From Patescibacteria group bacterium (GTDB lineage: Bacteria; Patescibacteriota; Patescibacteriia; Patescibacteriales; UBA12465), in assembly GCA_023229115.1 (NCBI GenBank), contig JALNZW010000007.1, positions 1,423-65,422 on the forward strand: 64,000 bases of DNA, in the 5' to 3' direction. The notes below the pieces were generated by a model, which worked only from the letters and a program-made list of their open reading frames with translations, did not search any database and was not told the origin of the DNA. A program made the translations under genes and the position numbers. Positions 9,509 to 19,517 of the stretch are shown here, piece after piece (position 1 is the first letter of the stretch; each line of letters opens with the position of its first letter).

Positions 9509-10759
9509 TTATTTTGAAGAAATTTTATCTAATTTAATCGGCAAAAACTTTTTGAGAATCTCTGGAATCAAAACACTACCATCCTCCTGTTGATTTTGCT
9601 CTAATATAGCTGGCAACAACCTAGAGGTAGCCAAGCCGGAAGCATTAAGCGTATGCAAAAATTCAATTTTTCCCTCTTTGTTCTTATAGCGCATATTACC
9701 TCGGCGAGCTTGATAATCTAAAGCATTAGAAACAGAGCTAACCTCTTTATAGATATTCATGCTAGGAATCCAAACCTCCAAATCAACCGTTTTAGCCATA
9801 GCCGAACTGCAATCACCAGCCGCCAAATCACTAATTTGGAAATGCAAACCAAGTCCTTCCAATAGTTTTGTGGCATAATTTTTCATTTCCTCAAAGGAGT
9901 TCCAAGAATCTTCTGCTTTTGTGTATTGGAACATCTCAATTTTATTAAATTGATGACCTCTAATCATACCCCTCTCCTCTTGACGATAGCTACCGGCTTC
10001 CCTTCTAAAACAAGCTGAATAAGCAAAATATTTTAAAGGCAGATCCTCTTCCTTAAGAATTTCATCGCGATGATAATTGCCCAACATCATTTCAGAGGTA
10101 GCGTTTAGACACAAACCATCTTCTACCCAAAAAAGATCGTCTCTAAACTTAGGCATATGTCCAGAGGCATAAGCCGATGCTTCATTTAATAAAAATGGAG
10201 GCAAAATAAAATTATAATTATTTTTTGTATGAAAATCTATAAAATAATTAAGTAATGCCCATTCCAATAATGCACCTTCTTTTTTATATATCCAAAAACC
10301 AGAGCCAGACATTTTAGCTGCCCTTTTATAATCAATAATATCCAAATTTTCAGCCAACTCAACATGATCTTTAGCTTTAAAAGAAAACTGAGGTTTTTCT
10401 TTAAAAGTGTAAGAAACTTTATTATTTTCTTTACCACCAGAGACAACTTCGTCTGCAACTATATTAGGTAAGCCCAACATTCTTTCTCTCAAATCATCTT
10501 CAACCTTTTTCAATTCTTCTTCTAAATTCTTAATATTAACATTATTTTCTTTAATATTTTTGATAGTTTCTTCGTCTGGTTTAGTTTTGGATAATTTATT
10601 TTTTTCAGCTTTTAAATTTTCCAACTTCCCAATCAACTCTTTTCGACTATCATCTAATTTTATTATTTTATCCAAACCCAAATCAACATCTCCCAATCTT
10701 TTTTTTAAAGAAATTTCTATGTCTTTAGTTTCCTCTCTTATTTTTTTTATATCTAGCAT
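9509..10759 (-). CDS. serS: Seryl-tRNA synthetase
   Basis: N-terminal coiled-coil arm plus class II core motifs (FRREAGSYRQEERGMIRGHQFNKIEMF; TLNASGLATSRLLPAILE). Confidence 0.95.
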   Translation of the reverse strand: MLDIKKIREETKDIEISLKKRLGDVDLGLDKIIKLDDSRKELIGKLENLKAEKNKLSKTKPDEETIKNIKENNVNIKNLEEELKKVEDDLRERMLGLPNIVADEVVSGGKENNKVSYTFKEKPQFSFKAKDHVELAENLDIIDYKRAAKMSGSGFWIYKKEGALLEWALLNYFIDFHTKNNYNFILPPFLLNEASAYASGHMPKFRDDLFWVEDGLCLNATSEMMLGNYHRDEILKEEDLPLKYFAYSACFRREAGSYRQEERGMIRGHQFNKIEMFQYTKAEDSWNSFEEMKNYATKLLEGLGLHFQISDLAAGDCSSAMAKTVDLEVWIPSMNIYKEVSSVSNALDYQARRGNMRYKNKEGKIEFLHTLNASGLATSRLLPAILEQNQQEDGSVLIPEILKKFLPIKLDKISSK

Positions 10760-10792
10760 ATTTTTATATTTCTCGTATTAACGATAAAAAAA

Positions 10793-12397
10793 TTAATTTA
10801 TTACTTGTCCACCAAAAGTCTTAAGAATATTTTCTATAGCCTCATTATTGGAGGACTTCATATTGCTCGGGTTATCATTTTTTGAATCTCCATCAATAAT
10901 AGCTTCAATTGTTAAATCAGTCTTATAAACATCTTTCAAAATTTTATTAATAATATTTTTTATTTCTGGATTATCCAACCTATCTTTATGAAGTTTATAC
11001 TTGAAAGCTAAACAAATTTTGTTAGAATTGATTGAACTTATTTGACAGGATTGCATAACAAAAGACAAGGAATGATTATGCGGTTTTAATTTCATTAAAA
11101 ATTCTGGCCATAAATTTAGTATTTCATCTAGACTCAAAATGCCTTTATTTAAACTAGACAAATTTGAAGATTCAATTTTTGAATGAGAACCTTCTTTGTC
11201 TTTTTCTTCAGAAACACTCTCATCTAAATTACTTTTGCTTATCTTTTTTTGAATTGGTTTAATATTTTCTAATTCAGGGTTTTTTTTAATATTATCAACT
11301 TTATTATTACCACAAAAATCAATAACACTTAATTCAACTGGCATTTGAGGTATAAAATGACTTCCAATATCCCTTAAATTATCTAAAAATTTTTCACTTA
11401 AAAATATCAATTCATTAATTTCAAACTGAGAGCTTAATTCACTAATTTTTATTTCCATTTTTTCACTCAAATCTAAGCCTAAAGTAGTTGATAAAGAATT
11501 GTTCATTTTAGATAATATCATTTTCCTAAGAAGCTCTATTAAGTCGGTTAAAAATATTTTTAAATTAACGCCATTTAAAAATAAATTATTTACCAATTCA
11601 ATAGCTGAAACAGCATCTTTCTTGCTTAAAAATTTTAGGAAATTAATATTTTCTTCTAGGTTGTTGTAAGGGATAACTAAGCTAGCGCTAGTCATATTTA
11701 TTTCATTGTCAGAAATAGATATTATTTGACTTAAAAGACTTTCAGCATCTCTTAAATGGCCATCTGACTTACTAGCTATTAATTCTAGCACTTCCCGATC
11801 CGCTTTTATCTTTTCTTTTTTAACAATATTTTCCAATTTCAAAATCATATCAGAAGTACTTATCTTTTTGAAATCAAATCTTTCACAACGAGAAATTATT
11901 GTTAGTGGTACTTTATAAGCTTCGGTAGTACAAAGTATAAAAATAACATTAGCTGGTGGCTCTTCTAGTGTTTTAAGGAGAGCATTAAAAGCCGACAAAG
12001 AGAGCATGTGCACCTCATCAATTATAAAAACCTTATACTTGTTATTAGTAGAAATAATTCTACTTAAAGAAATAATATTTTCCCTAACATTGTCAACTCC
12101 CGTATTGCTAGCGGCATCAATTTCAACAACATCTAAATTACTAAAACCATTAATACTAAGACAAGATTCACAATTATTACAAGGCTCATATTCATTTTCC
12201 TTTCTGTTTGTGCAATTAACTGCCTTAGCCAAAACTCTAGCTAAAGTTGTTTTGCCAACAGCCCTTGGTCCACAAAACAAATAAGCATGCGCAATTTTAT
12301 TGTGTAAAATTTCGTTTTGCAAGGTAATCTTTATATTGTTCTGTCCCAAAATTTCTGAAAATTTTTGAGGTCTATATTTCTGATATAAAACAGCCAT
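10793..12397 (-). CDS. dnaX: DNA polymerase III subunit gamma/tau
   Basis: YRPQKFSEILGQ...HAYLFCGPRAVGKTTLARVLAKAVNC, a zinc module CNNCESC, and the DEVHMLS box. Confidence 0.95.
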   Translation of the reverse strand: MAVLYQKYRPQKFSEILGQNNIKITLQNEILHNKIAHAYLFCGPRAVGKTTLARVLAKAVNCTNRKENEYEPCNNCESCLSINGFSNLDVVEIDAASNTGVDNVRENIISLSRIISTNNKYKVFIIDEVHMLSLSAFNALLKTLEEPPANVIFILCTTEAYKVPLTIISRCERFDFKKISTSDMILKLENIVKKEKIKADREVLELIASKSDGHLRDAESLLSQIISISDNEINMTSASLVIPYNNLEENINFLKFLSKKDAVSAIELVNNLFLNGVNLKIFLTDLIELLRKMILSKMNNSLSTTLGLDLSEKMEIKISELSSQFEINELIFLSEKFLDNLRDIGSHFIPQMPVELSVIDFCGNNKVDNIKKNPELENIKPIQKKISKSNLDESVSEEKDKEGSHSKIESSNLSSLNKGILSLDEILNLWPEFLMKLKPHNHSLSFVMQSCQISSINSNKICLAFKYKLHKDRLDNPEIKNIINKILKDVYKTDLTIEAIIDGDSKNDNPSNMKSSNNEAIENILKTFGGQVIN

Positions 12398-12406
12398 AAT
12401 TTTTAT

Positions 12407-13669
12407 TTATCTAATTGACCCTGAATAAGTTATCGCTTGCATGATGTTCCAATCTTCAGTTGTTTCTGGTAATTTATCGAAAATATCTTTAAAAATAGCG
12501 ATACCTTTAACCTCACTATTTAAGTTTCTATTTTCAGCTCTTTGTCTTAAACCATAAGCCATTATTTTTATAGCCGACATGTCCTTAACGTTATTTTCAT
12601 CAGCTTCTCTTTTATAGATAGTTCTAAACATTTCCCTAGCCCTCAATTCGGCCTCCTCATTATAGTTTTCTGGCCAACGACCGTTAGCTATTTTAATAGC
12701 ATCAGCTAATTCTTGCCCAGTTTCTGGTAATTTACCAAAAGCATTTTGAAAAGAATGAATAACAGCAGCTCTCTCTCCTTCTCCTAATTTTTTAGTATTT
12801 TCATCAACTCCATATGTTACAAAACTATTAATAGCGTTTCTAGCCTCTTCGCTAATTTTACTCATTTCCGTTATTAAGGATTTTAAATGAAGAATTTGAG
12901 CTTGTTGTTCTTTGATGATATTTCTTAATTCTCTTATTTCATTTAAGATTTGAGTCAAATTATTGTTTAACAATAAATTAGCTGATTCATTTATTTCTTC
13001 AATCATTTGATCGTTGGAAGTAGATTTACATTCACCCTCATAAGCCACAATTTGACCATATTGTTTTTCGGCTATACAACGATTAGAATAAGTTTTACCA
13101 TTCTTAGCACAAACAGGAGCATACTCTTTAGTGCAAGCGATCATCTCTTCTTTACACTCCCCCATATAAGCAAAACTTTGCTTAGCAGCGTTTAAAAAGC
13201 ATTTATTACTATAAGTTTTACCATCCTTACCACAAACTGGTGCATATTCTAAAGTACAGGCTACAGCATCTGTATTTTCACCACCTAAAGTCACTTTTAT
13301 TTGATTACTATAAACACCACATTTACCGCCCAAATATTCACAAACACGAACATAATAATTTCCAGCTCCACTAAAAGCCTCTAATGTATCAGAACTCTTG
13401 TTCGCATCTGTAAAATAATGATATTTATCTCCGCTTCTTAAAGGATAAGTTGGCCCTTCATTTTTTGACCAAACAACTTTAAATCCTTGATCAGAATAAC
13501 CATTAGTAGTCCAATATATTTTTGATCCGTCAGCCTTTAGAGCAATTGACTCTACAGAAGAATTGTCATGTTCTTCATTGACGTAAATAGCCTTAGCTTG
13601 ATCAATAAAAAACAAGCCAAAAGCAAGGAATAATGAAAGACCTGCTAACGTAAGCTTTTTAATATTCAT
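12407..13669 (-). CDS. Secreted protein with two tandem Kazal-type domains plus a C-terminal helical domain
   Basis: Signal peptide. [25 protein letters not shown]...GEC and [25 protein letters not shown]...GEC fit the Kazal cysteine/Tyr pattern (nt about 13028-13258). Confidence 0.75.
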   Translation of the reverse strand: MNIKKLTLAGLSLFLAFGLFFIDQAKAIYVNEEHDNSSVESIALKADGSKIYWTTNGYSDQGFKVVWSKNEGPTYPLRSGDKYHYFTDANKSSDTLEAFSGAGNYYVRVCEYLGGKCGVYSNQIKVTLGGENTDAVACTLEYAPVCGKDGKTYSNKCFLNAAKQSFAYMGECKEEMIACTKEYAPVCAKNGKTYSNRCIAEKQYGQIVAYEGECKSTSNDQMIEEINESANLLLNNNLTQILNEIRELRNIIKEQQAQILHLKSLITEMSKISEEARNAINSFVTYGVDENTKKLGEGERAAVIHSFQNAFGKLPETGQELADAIKIANGRWPENYNEEAELRAREMFRTIYKREADENNVKDMSAIKIMAYGLRQRAENRNLNSEVKGIAIFKDIFDKLPETTEDWNIMQAITYSGSIR

Positions 13670-13849
13670 AGTTTTTTTATACCTTGAATTAATGCATAAT
13701 TTAAGGTATTTAAATTAATATTTTACTATAAGTTTATTATAACAATTTTAAATTTATCAGTAAAGATTCTACTTACCTTTCTTGAAATATTTTTTTTATA
13801 GAGCTATAATCAAAAACAGATAAATAATAAAAATAATTTATAAAGTCTT

Positions 13850-14992
13850 ATGAAAAGAATAATTGTCTTTTTTTTGTTGTTTTTAACTATTTTTAGCCTA
13901 AAAACTGAAATAGTAAAAGCGAATTCCGATTTAGAAAATTCATTTACAAAAAATAATGAAAATCAAGTGGAGATATTGTTTTTTGGTAGCCCCACCTGCC
14001 CTCATTGTTCGGTCGAAAAAGAATTTCTTGAAAAAATCAAAGAAAAATACCCAGACACAATTATAAAAGAGTATGATTTTTCTAAAAATTTAGAATTAGT
14101 AGAAAAATTGTATGATGAACATGAGGTACTTAAAGGACAAAGAGGTTTAGTGCCAGCTACATTTATTGGCGAAAATTTCTTTCTTGGGTTTAATGAAAGT
14201 ATTTCTAAAGAAATAGAAAATCAAATTCAAGGAGCTAAAGTTGACAACTCCTCTCCTGCAATAAAAATTCCTTTGGTTGGAGAAGTTGATATTTTTAAAT
14301 ATTCGATGCCAGTTCTAGCAATAATACTAGGTGTTGTAGACGGATTTAATGTTTGCTCACTAGGCGCTTTAGTCATAATCCTAGGCTTAGTAATGGTTTT
14401 AAGGTCAAGAAAAAGAATATTAGTGCTGGGTGGCGTTTTCGTTTTAGTAACTGGCCTAACCTATGGATTACTTATATTTTTATGGCACCAATTTTTTGCT
14501 TTTATATCACCCTATATTAAAAGCATGGAGATACTAATAGCTGCTCTCTCAATTATTGGCGGTCTTTATCTCCTGAGAGAATTCATAAAGTCAATTAAAG
14601 AAGGGCCTACCTGCTCTTCTGGCGGAATTATAGCAAGACTAACACCTAAAGTAGAAAAAATATTTGCCAATAAGAAAAAGTTATCTATTCTTTTCGGGGT
14701 TGTTGTTTTGTTTGCACTAGCCATAACCATAGTTGAGTTTCCCTGCTCTGCTTTTTTACCCATGCTTTTTGCCAGCCTATTAGTAGAAAGTCAGTTTAGT
14801 TTAGGGACTAGCATTTCTTATATGGGCTTATTTCTTCTATTTTACATGCTTGATGAAATTATTATTTTCTTAATAGCCTTCTTTAGTCTTAAAATAAAAA
14901 TTGTATCTCCTAAGTTTATAAATGCTTTTAATTTATTGGCCGCTATCATCTTTTTATTCCTAGGTGGCTTTTATTTGGCAAGAATATTTTAA
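13850..14992 (+). CDS. Thioredoxin-fold (CPHC) domain fused to a DsbD/CcdA-like multi-pass membrane domain
   Basis: Signal/TM, then FFGSPTCPHCSVEKEFLEK (Trx/Grx-like CxxC). This is followed by at least 6 hydrophobic helices with conserved Cys (FNVCSLGAL, EFPCSAFLP). Confidence 0.6.
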   Translation: MKRIIVFFLLFLTIFSLKTEIVKANSDLENSFTKNNENQVEILFFGSPTCPHCSVEKEFLEKIKEKYPDTIIKEYDFSKNLELVEKLYDEHEVLKGQRGLVPATFIGENFFLGFNESISKEIENQIQGAKVDNSSPAIKIPLVGEVDIFKYSMPVLAIILGVVDGFNVCSLGALVIILGLVMVLRSRKRILVLGGVFVLVTGLTYGLLIFLWHQFFAFISPYIKSMEILIAALSIIGGLYLLREFIKSIKEGPTCSSGGIIARLTPKVEKIFANKKKLSILFGVVVLFALAITIVEFPCSAFLPMLFASLLVESQFSLGTSISYMGLFLLFYMLDEIIIFLIAFFSLKIKIVSPKFINAFNLLAAIIFLFLGGFYLARIF

Positions 14993-15077
14993 ACAACGAT
15001 ACAGAAAATATTCATTGATTTTTTTATAAAAATAATACATAATAACAAGTTAAAAGAAGAACCTTAAAAATTAAATA

Positions 15078-15632
15078 GTGATGAAAAAACTAAAAGAAAA
15101 AATAATTCTATTTTTAGAATGTTTTTTTACCTGGAAAATTAAAAAAGACAAGAAAAACGAGCCCGAGGAAGCTTATGTTTATTTTTGTCTATCATTTGGT
15201 TACGCCAAAGATCATTCAGATTTAAGCAATCAAGCCTTAGCTCTTGTTTTGAAAAAATACTACTTACAAAAAAGAGCGATAATAATTGCTCAAAAAGAAA
15301 TAGCAGATTATTTGCCAGATGTTATAATAAATTTCACTATTAATAAGCATCAAAAAGAATCTAAGTATTTAGACACTTTTGAAGTTTGCAGACAATGCTT
15401 TAATTATTGTCAAGAAATAAATCTCAAAAAAATTCTAGTTTTTGCTCACCCTGATCATCTGTGGAGAATAAAAAAAGTTATGGAGAAGCTAGGGGCAAAA
15501 ATTTCTGTAGCTGACACCAGTGCTTGTCCATATAATAAAAAATCAAAACAAATATGGACTAAAAATAGAGCTTTCTTTATGATTAGAGAAGTGTTTGTAC
15601 GCTTATATTATTTTTTCTCTGGTAAAATCTAA
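15078..15632 (+). CDS. DUF218/YdcF-like protein (weak)
   Basis: C-terminal KILVFAHPDHLWRIKKVMEKLG resembles the DUF218 (V)T..yHm.Ra pattern. Only one motif was matched. Confidence 0.4.
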   Translation: MMKKLKEKIILFLECFFTWKIKKDKKNEPEEAYVYFCLSFGYAKDHSDLSNQALALVLKKYYLQKRAIIIAQKEIADYLPDVIINFTINKHQKESKYLDTFEVCRQCFNYCQEINLKKILVFAHPDHLWRIKKVMEKLGAKISVADTSACPYNKKSKQIWTKNRAFFMIREVFVRLYYFFSGKI

Positions 15633-15635
15633 ATT

Positions 15636-15662
15636 AAACCTGCTTACAGCAGGTTTTTTTAT
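15636..15662 (+). terminator. Intrinsic terminator after 15078..15632
   Basis: CCTGCT-TAC-AGCAGG stem-loop followed by a T-run (15654 onward). Confidence 0.65.
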
Positions 15663-15669
15663 TTTTATA

Positions 15670-15700
15670 TAAAAAAAGAAGACGCCTCAACATCTTCTTT
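15670..15700 (-). terminator. Intrinsic terminator after 15746..16480
   Basis: AAGAAGA (15676-15682) pairs with TCTTCTT (15693-15699). On the minus strand it is followed by a U-run (plus-strand A-run 15671-15677). Confidence 0.6.
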
Positions 15701-15745
15701 TAAAAATAAAACTTATCTAATAATTTTTTTATTTATAAAAATTAT

Positions 15746-16480
15746 TTATTTCTTTTTTATAGTTTTTTTAGTAGTTTTTACCTTTGGAGTAGCTGTCTTT
15801 TTAAGCTCTTTTTTAGCTGGTTTAGAAATAACTTTTTTAGTTTCTTTGCCAATATTCTTTTTCTTGTCCACCTTTTTAACTTCTACTTTTTTGGCCTCTT
15901 CTTTAGCATTATCTTTCTTAACTTCTTCTTTTTTTTCTGAAGATAATTTAATAACATTATTTTTAGGAGTTAAGATGTCTATAAGTTTATCTAATTTAGC
16001 ATTTAAAAGCTCAAACTGTTTATCTGAAGATCCATTTTTGCCAGAACCTTTTCTTGATCCATCTCCTTTACCAAAACATTCATCACAATAAACTGGTTTA
16101 TCAGGTGATGGTTTAAAAGGAACTTCACAATCCTTTCCGCACTCATCACAAACAACTTTAAACATTTGTCTATCTCTATCACCAAAAGATGGTTTAGAAA
16201 AATCTCTATCACGAGAACCTCTTGATCTAGAAAAATCTCTATCATTAGACCCTCTAGGATTTGAATTTTCTCTACCAGCAAAACAATTACTGCAATAAAC
16301 AGGTTTGTCGCCTGTTGGTTTAAAAGGAACTTCACAGCTAGCACCACATTCAGCACAAGTAGCTCTATGCATTTCTGATCTACCACCTCCAAAACTACCA
16401 CCTCTGCCAGAACTTCTGCCACCTCCAAAACCGCCGCCTCTTCTATCTCTAGAACCCCTGTCTCTGTTAAAATCTCTCAT
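15746..16480 (-). CDS. CxxC-x17-CxxC zinc-ribbon protein (two modules) with RG-rich N-terminus and K-rich C-terminal tail; probable nucleic-acid-binding protein
   Basis: CAECGASCEVPFKPTGDKPVYCSNCF and CDECGKDCEVPFKPSPDKPVYCDECF each have exactly 17 residues between the CxxC pairs. RGG/RDR repeats lie N-terminal and a lysine-rich tail lies C-terminal. Confidence 0.7.
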   Translation of the reverse strand: MRDFNRDRGSRDRRGGGFGGGRSSGRGGSFGGGRSEMHRATCAECGASCEVPFKPTGDKPVYCSNCFAGRENSNPRGSNDRDFSRSRGSRDRDFSKPSFGDRDRQMFKVVCDECGKDCEVPFKPSPDKPVYCDECFGKGDGSRKGSGKNGSSDKQFELLNAKLDKLIDILTPKNNVIKLSSEKKEEVKKDNAKEEAKKVEVKKVDKKKNIGKETKKVISKPAKKELKKTATPKVKTTKKTIKKK

Positions 16481-16573
16481 AAAATTATGATAATAAATAT
16501 TATTTAATTATTTTTTATATTTCATTTTTAAGCAATATCCCGCCAAATTTCTAAGGCGGGATAATTACTTTAA

Positions 16574-16771
16574 CTAAACGCGTTTAACATTAACCGCATT
16601 CATACCTTTTGGAGACATCTCTGTTTCGAAAGAAACTGTGTCGCCTTTTTGTAATTCATTGAATTGAACATCAACTAATGAATTGCTGTGAAAGAAAAGA
16701 TCTTTATCTTGACCTTCAACAATAATAAAACCAAAACCTTTTTCGTTTAAGGTTTTAATAGTACCTGTCAT
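16574..16771 (-). CDS. cspA: Cold-shock protein (CSD)
   Basis: GTIKTLNEKGFGFI (RNP1-like) and VFFHSN-type RNP2 (LFFHSN). 65 aa. Confidence 0.9.
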   Translation of the reverse strand: MTGTIKTLNEKGFGFIIVEGQDKDLFFHSNSLVDVQFNELQKGDTVSFETEMSPKGMNAVNVKRV

Positions 16772-16891
16772 AAGCTTTAGACTTAACTTGTTAAATTTGC
16801 AATTTAATAAAGAGTTTAAAAATCGACTACTTTTTGAGACGCATTATTCTTGCCTAGTAATTATAGCACATAAAAACAATTAAACCAATAG

Positions 16892-17470
16892 CTAGTCAAA
16901 TAGCAAAATCTCCTCTATTAATTCCTGTATTCCGCTTCTATTTTTAGTTGAGCAAGCAAGAACTTTATAATCACCAAATGTTTTTTTTATTTGATTGAGT
17001 TGTTTTTCTTTTTCTGAACTTTTTAATTTATCAATTTTATTAACAACAATTATTACTTGTTTATTATGCTCTTTTAAAGCCTGAAAAATTTCCAAATCAT
17101 CTTTTGTCGGCCCAACTTTAGCATCAATAATTAAAAAAACTTTTTTTTGTTCATAGGTGGTTAAAAATAAATACCAATTAATTAAATTTTCAACTTTAAA
17201 CCTCATCTCTTTCGGGAGCTTAGCATAACCATAACCTGGCAGATCAACTAAGTAAAAAGAATTATTAATCAAAAATAAATTTATTTCTCTAGTTCTGCCT
17301 GGCAAAGCACTTGTTTTAGCTAAATTTTTTTGATTGGTCAAAGAATTAATGATACTTGATTTGCCAACATTAGATCTACCAATAAGAGCAATCTGTGGCT
17401 TGCTGTCATTAAGTATTGGATCTAGACCAGTAATTCCCTTTACAAATTGAGCTGATTTTATATTAGTCAT
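16892..17470 (-). CDS. engB: Ribosome-biogenesis GTPase YsxC/EngB
   Basis: G1 GRSNVGKSS, DLPGYGYAK, NKIDK. 192 aa. Confidence 0.9.
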   Translation of the reverse strand: MTNIKSAQFVKGITGLDPILNDSKPQIALIGRSNVGKSSIINSLTNQKNLAKTSALPGRTREINLFLINNSFYLVDLPGYGYAKLPKEMRFKVENLINWYLFLTTYEQKKVFLIIDAKVGPTKDDLEIFQALKEHNKQVIIVVNKIDKLKSSEKEKQLNQIKKTFGDYKVLACSTKNRSGIQELIEEILLFD

Positions 17471-17559
17471 TTTTTTAAATTAAGATTTAATGTTTTTTAA
17501 ATTATATAAAACTATAGCACATATTTTTATATAAAAAAATACAAAAATTATTAAAATAT

Positions 17560-18759
17560 TTAATTTGCTTGTAAGTTTATTTGATTATCTTTCTTTTTTG
17601 TCGGGACCAAAAAAATAAAAGCATTGATTAAAATCAAAATAGAAATAATTAAAATAGCCACCTTCATTGAATAAATATCAGCCAGATAACCGATAAACGG
17701 TAATATCCATAATTTATTTAAAGATTTAAATAATTCTAAAATTGATCCCATAGTTGCTCTTTTTTGATTTGGTACTTGTTCGTGAAATAAGTTATTGGCA
17801 ACTGGTGACCTAAAATTTTCAAGCAAAAGAACTATAAAAAACAAACCAACCATTAGAACCGAATTTCCCCCTAAACTAAGAGGAATAAGAGCTAAAAAAG
17901 CAATAAAACCAGAATAATTCATAATCTTTTCCGCACTCCATTTGTCCTCCAAGCGAGAACTTGCTTTAACTATTAAGGCAATAATTATTAAAAAAGCTGA
18001 ATAAAAAACACCAAAATATTGAAGCTCAACGCCAGCGCTTTTCATATAAGGTTGAACAAATTTTTCCAAAGCAGAAAAAGAAGCGGAGAAAAAAGCAATA
18101 TTTAAAATTATATTAAGAACTATTTTATTATTTTTTATTTCCGAAAAAGCAATTTTTATAAATTTCCAATTTTCCCTTAAGCTAATTTTATTTTCTTTAT
18201 TTTCTTCATCAGTTTTAATTTTTTCCCAACTTAAAGTTTGAATAAAATTTATAAAAGCTGGAACGGCTGCAATAAAGAAAACAACATTAAATCCTAAGCG
18301 ATAAGCGACAAAACCACCAATTAAAGCAGCTATACTCTCTGAGATACGTGCATAAAATTTTTGATTAATTTTTATTTTAGTATAACTAGGATGGTTTTTG
18401 TCTTGAGATAAATAATTAAAAATAAAAGCTGTTTCTGTGCCCGAACGAAAACTTTTACCAAGTTCGTATATTAAATTAGCAACAAGTAAAATAATAAAGT
18501 TGTTGGCCAGACCAAAAATTATAAAACTCACAAATATCAGGAACTTAGACAATATAATACTTTTTCTATTGCCATACTTATCAGCAAATACCCCCGTTGG
18601 AATTTCAATAATAAATGAAAAAATAGAAGCAATAGTAAAAATCCAGAATATATTGGCATAATTTAAACCAATATCCTGAAAAAACAAAATCATAATCGGG
18701 ACAAAATAAATCTGATTTTTTAAAAAAGAAGCTAGGTAAAATTTATTTATTTGATTCAT
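17560..18759 (-). CDS. MFS-type transporter
   Basis: About 12 hydrophobic helices in 399 aa. GVFADKYGNRKS resembles the MFS loop 2-3 motif (G...D+.GR+). Confidence 0.7.
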   Translation of the reverse strand: MNQINKFYLASFLKNQIYFVPIMILFFQDIGLNYANIFWIFTIASIFSFIIEIPTGVFADKYGNRKSIILSKFLIFVSFIIFGLANNFIILLVANLIYELGKSFRSGTETAFIFNYLSQDKNHPSYTKIKINQKFYARISESIAALIGGFVAYRLGFNVVFFIAAVPAFINFIQTLSWEKIKTDEENKENKISLRENWKFIKIAFSEIKNNKIVLNIILNIAFFSASFSALEKFVQPYMKSAGVELQYFGVFYSAFLIIIALIVKASSRLEDKWSAEKIMNYSGFIAFLALIPLSLGGNSVLMVGLFFIVLLLENFRSPVANNLFHEQVPNQKRATMGSILELFKSLNKLWILPFIGYLADIYSMKVAILIISILILINAFIFLVPTKKKDNQINLQAN

Positions 18760-18822
18760 GAGTTAGCAATGTTAGTCTATATATTAATCAATTAAAATTA
18801 TAACATTTTCGTTGGTTTATTC

Positions 18823-18849
18823 AAAAAAACACCCAAAGAAGGTGTTTTT
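18823..18849. terminator. Intrinsic terminator hairpin (bidirectional look) after DUF333 gene
   Basis: A-run, ACACC-CAAAGAA-GGTGT, T-run. The sequence is closely similar to the hairpin inside the GC-rich element at 19691-19719. Confidence 0.55.
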
Positions 18850-18871
18850 AAAAGAATTAAAATGTTTTTAA

Positions 18872-19369
18872 TTATTGTATTTCCACGTTTCCGGCATTTG
18901 GAGTTAGATCGCTTGGATCAGGACATTCACCATTAAAATTTGCTTGTGCCGTACAAAGCGTTCCATCTATTCGTTTGCACATTGGAGTGTCCGTACCTAC
19001 CCCTTCAACCTCCCCTCCAGTAATGACACAAAAAATTTCAGCATTATTTTCGTAACCAGTTATTTTTAATCCACCAACTGGGCAATCTCCGCGCAAAAGC
19101 GCCCATTCTTCACACTGTCTATTATCTTCAAAAAAACAAACTCCATATTCTCCCCCATCACCACGCTTCTGAACAACTAAATCTCCACCAGAATTTAGAC
19201 AATTAACTGAAGCTGGATTAGCCATTTGAACTGAATTTTCTGGAATCAAAGACTCTTTAACATTGGACAATCCTGATGGTTCTTGTATAAATTTTTGATA
19301 AAAACAAAGACCACCGATACCAACAACTAAAATAATAATCGTAAACAATGTTAATTGTTTAAATTTCAT
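18872..19369 (-). CDS. DUF333-family secreted protein (two DUF333-like Cys modules)
   Basis: TM/signal, then ANPASVNCLNSGGDLV...GEYGVCFFEDNRQCEEWALLRGDC (DUF333 pattern). A second, more divergent module follows. Confidence 0.7.
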   Translation of the reverse strand: MKFKQLTLFTIIILVVGIGGLCFYQKFIQEPSGLSNVKESLIPENSVQMANPASVNCLNSGGDLVVQKRGDGGEYGVCFFEDNRQCEEWALLRGDCPVGGLKITGYENNAEIFCVITGGEVEGVGTDTPMCKRIDGTLCTAQANFNGECPDPSDLTPNAGNVEIQ

Positions 19370-19517
19370 ATTTTTATAATTAAATAATTTTATTATTAAA
19401 TAAAAATAATATCACTCTCATAATACCATATTTAATTAAAAAATAAAAAGTTGTTTAAAATTTATATAAGAAGGATTCAGATCTATAAATTTCGCTTGTC
19501 TTGTTTTGTTTTACGTG

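Noticed and set aside
16537-16562. ATCCCGCC-10 nt-GGCGGGAT hairpin downstream of the cold-shock gene as an intrinsic terminator
   Set aside because: It forms a good 8-bp stem, but neither strand has a U-run immediately after it. It may be an attenuator, processing or stability element, so it was not called as a terminator.
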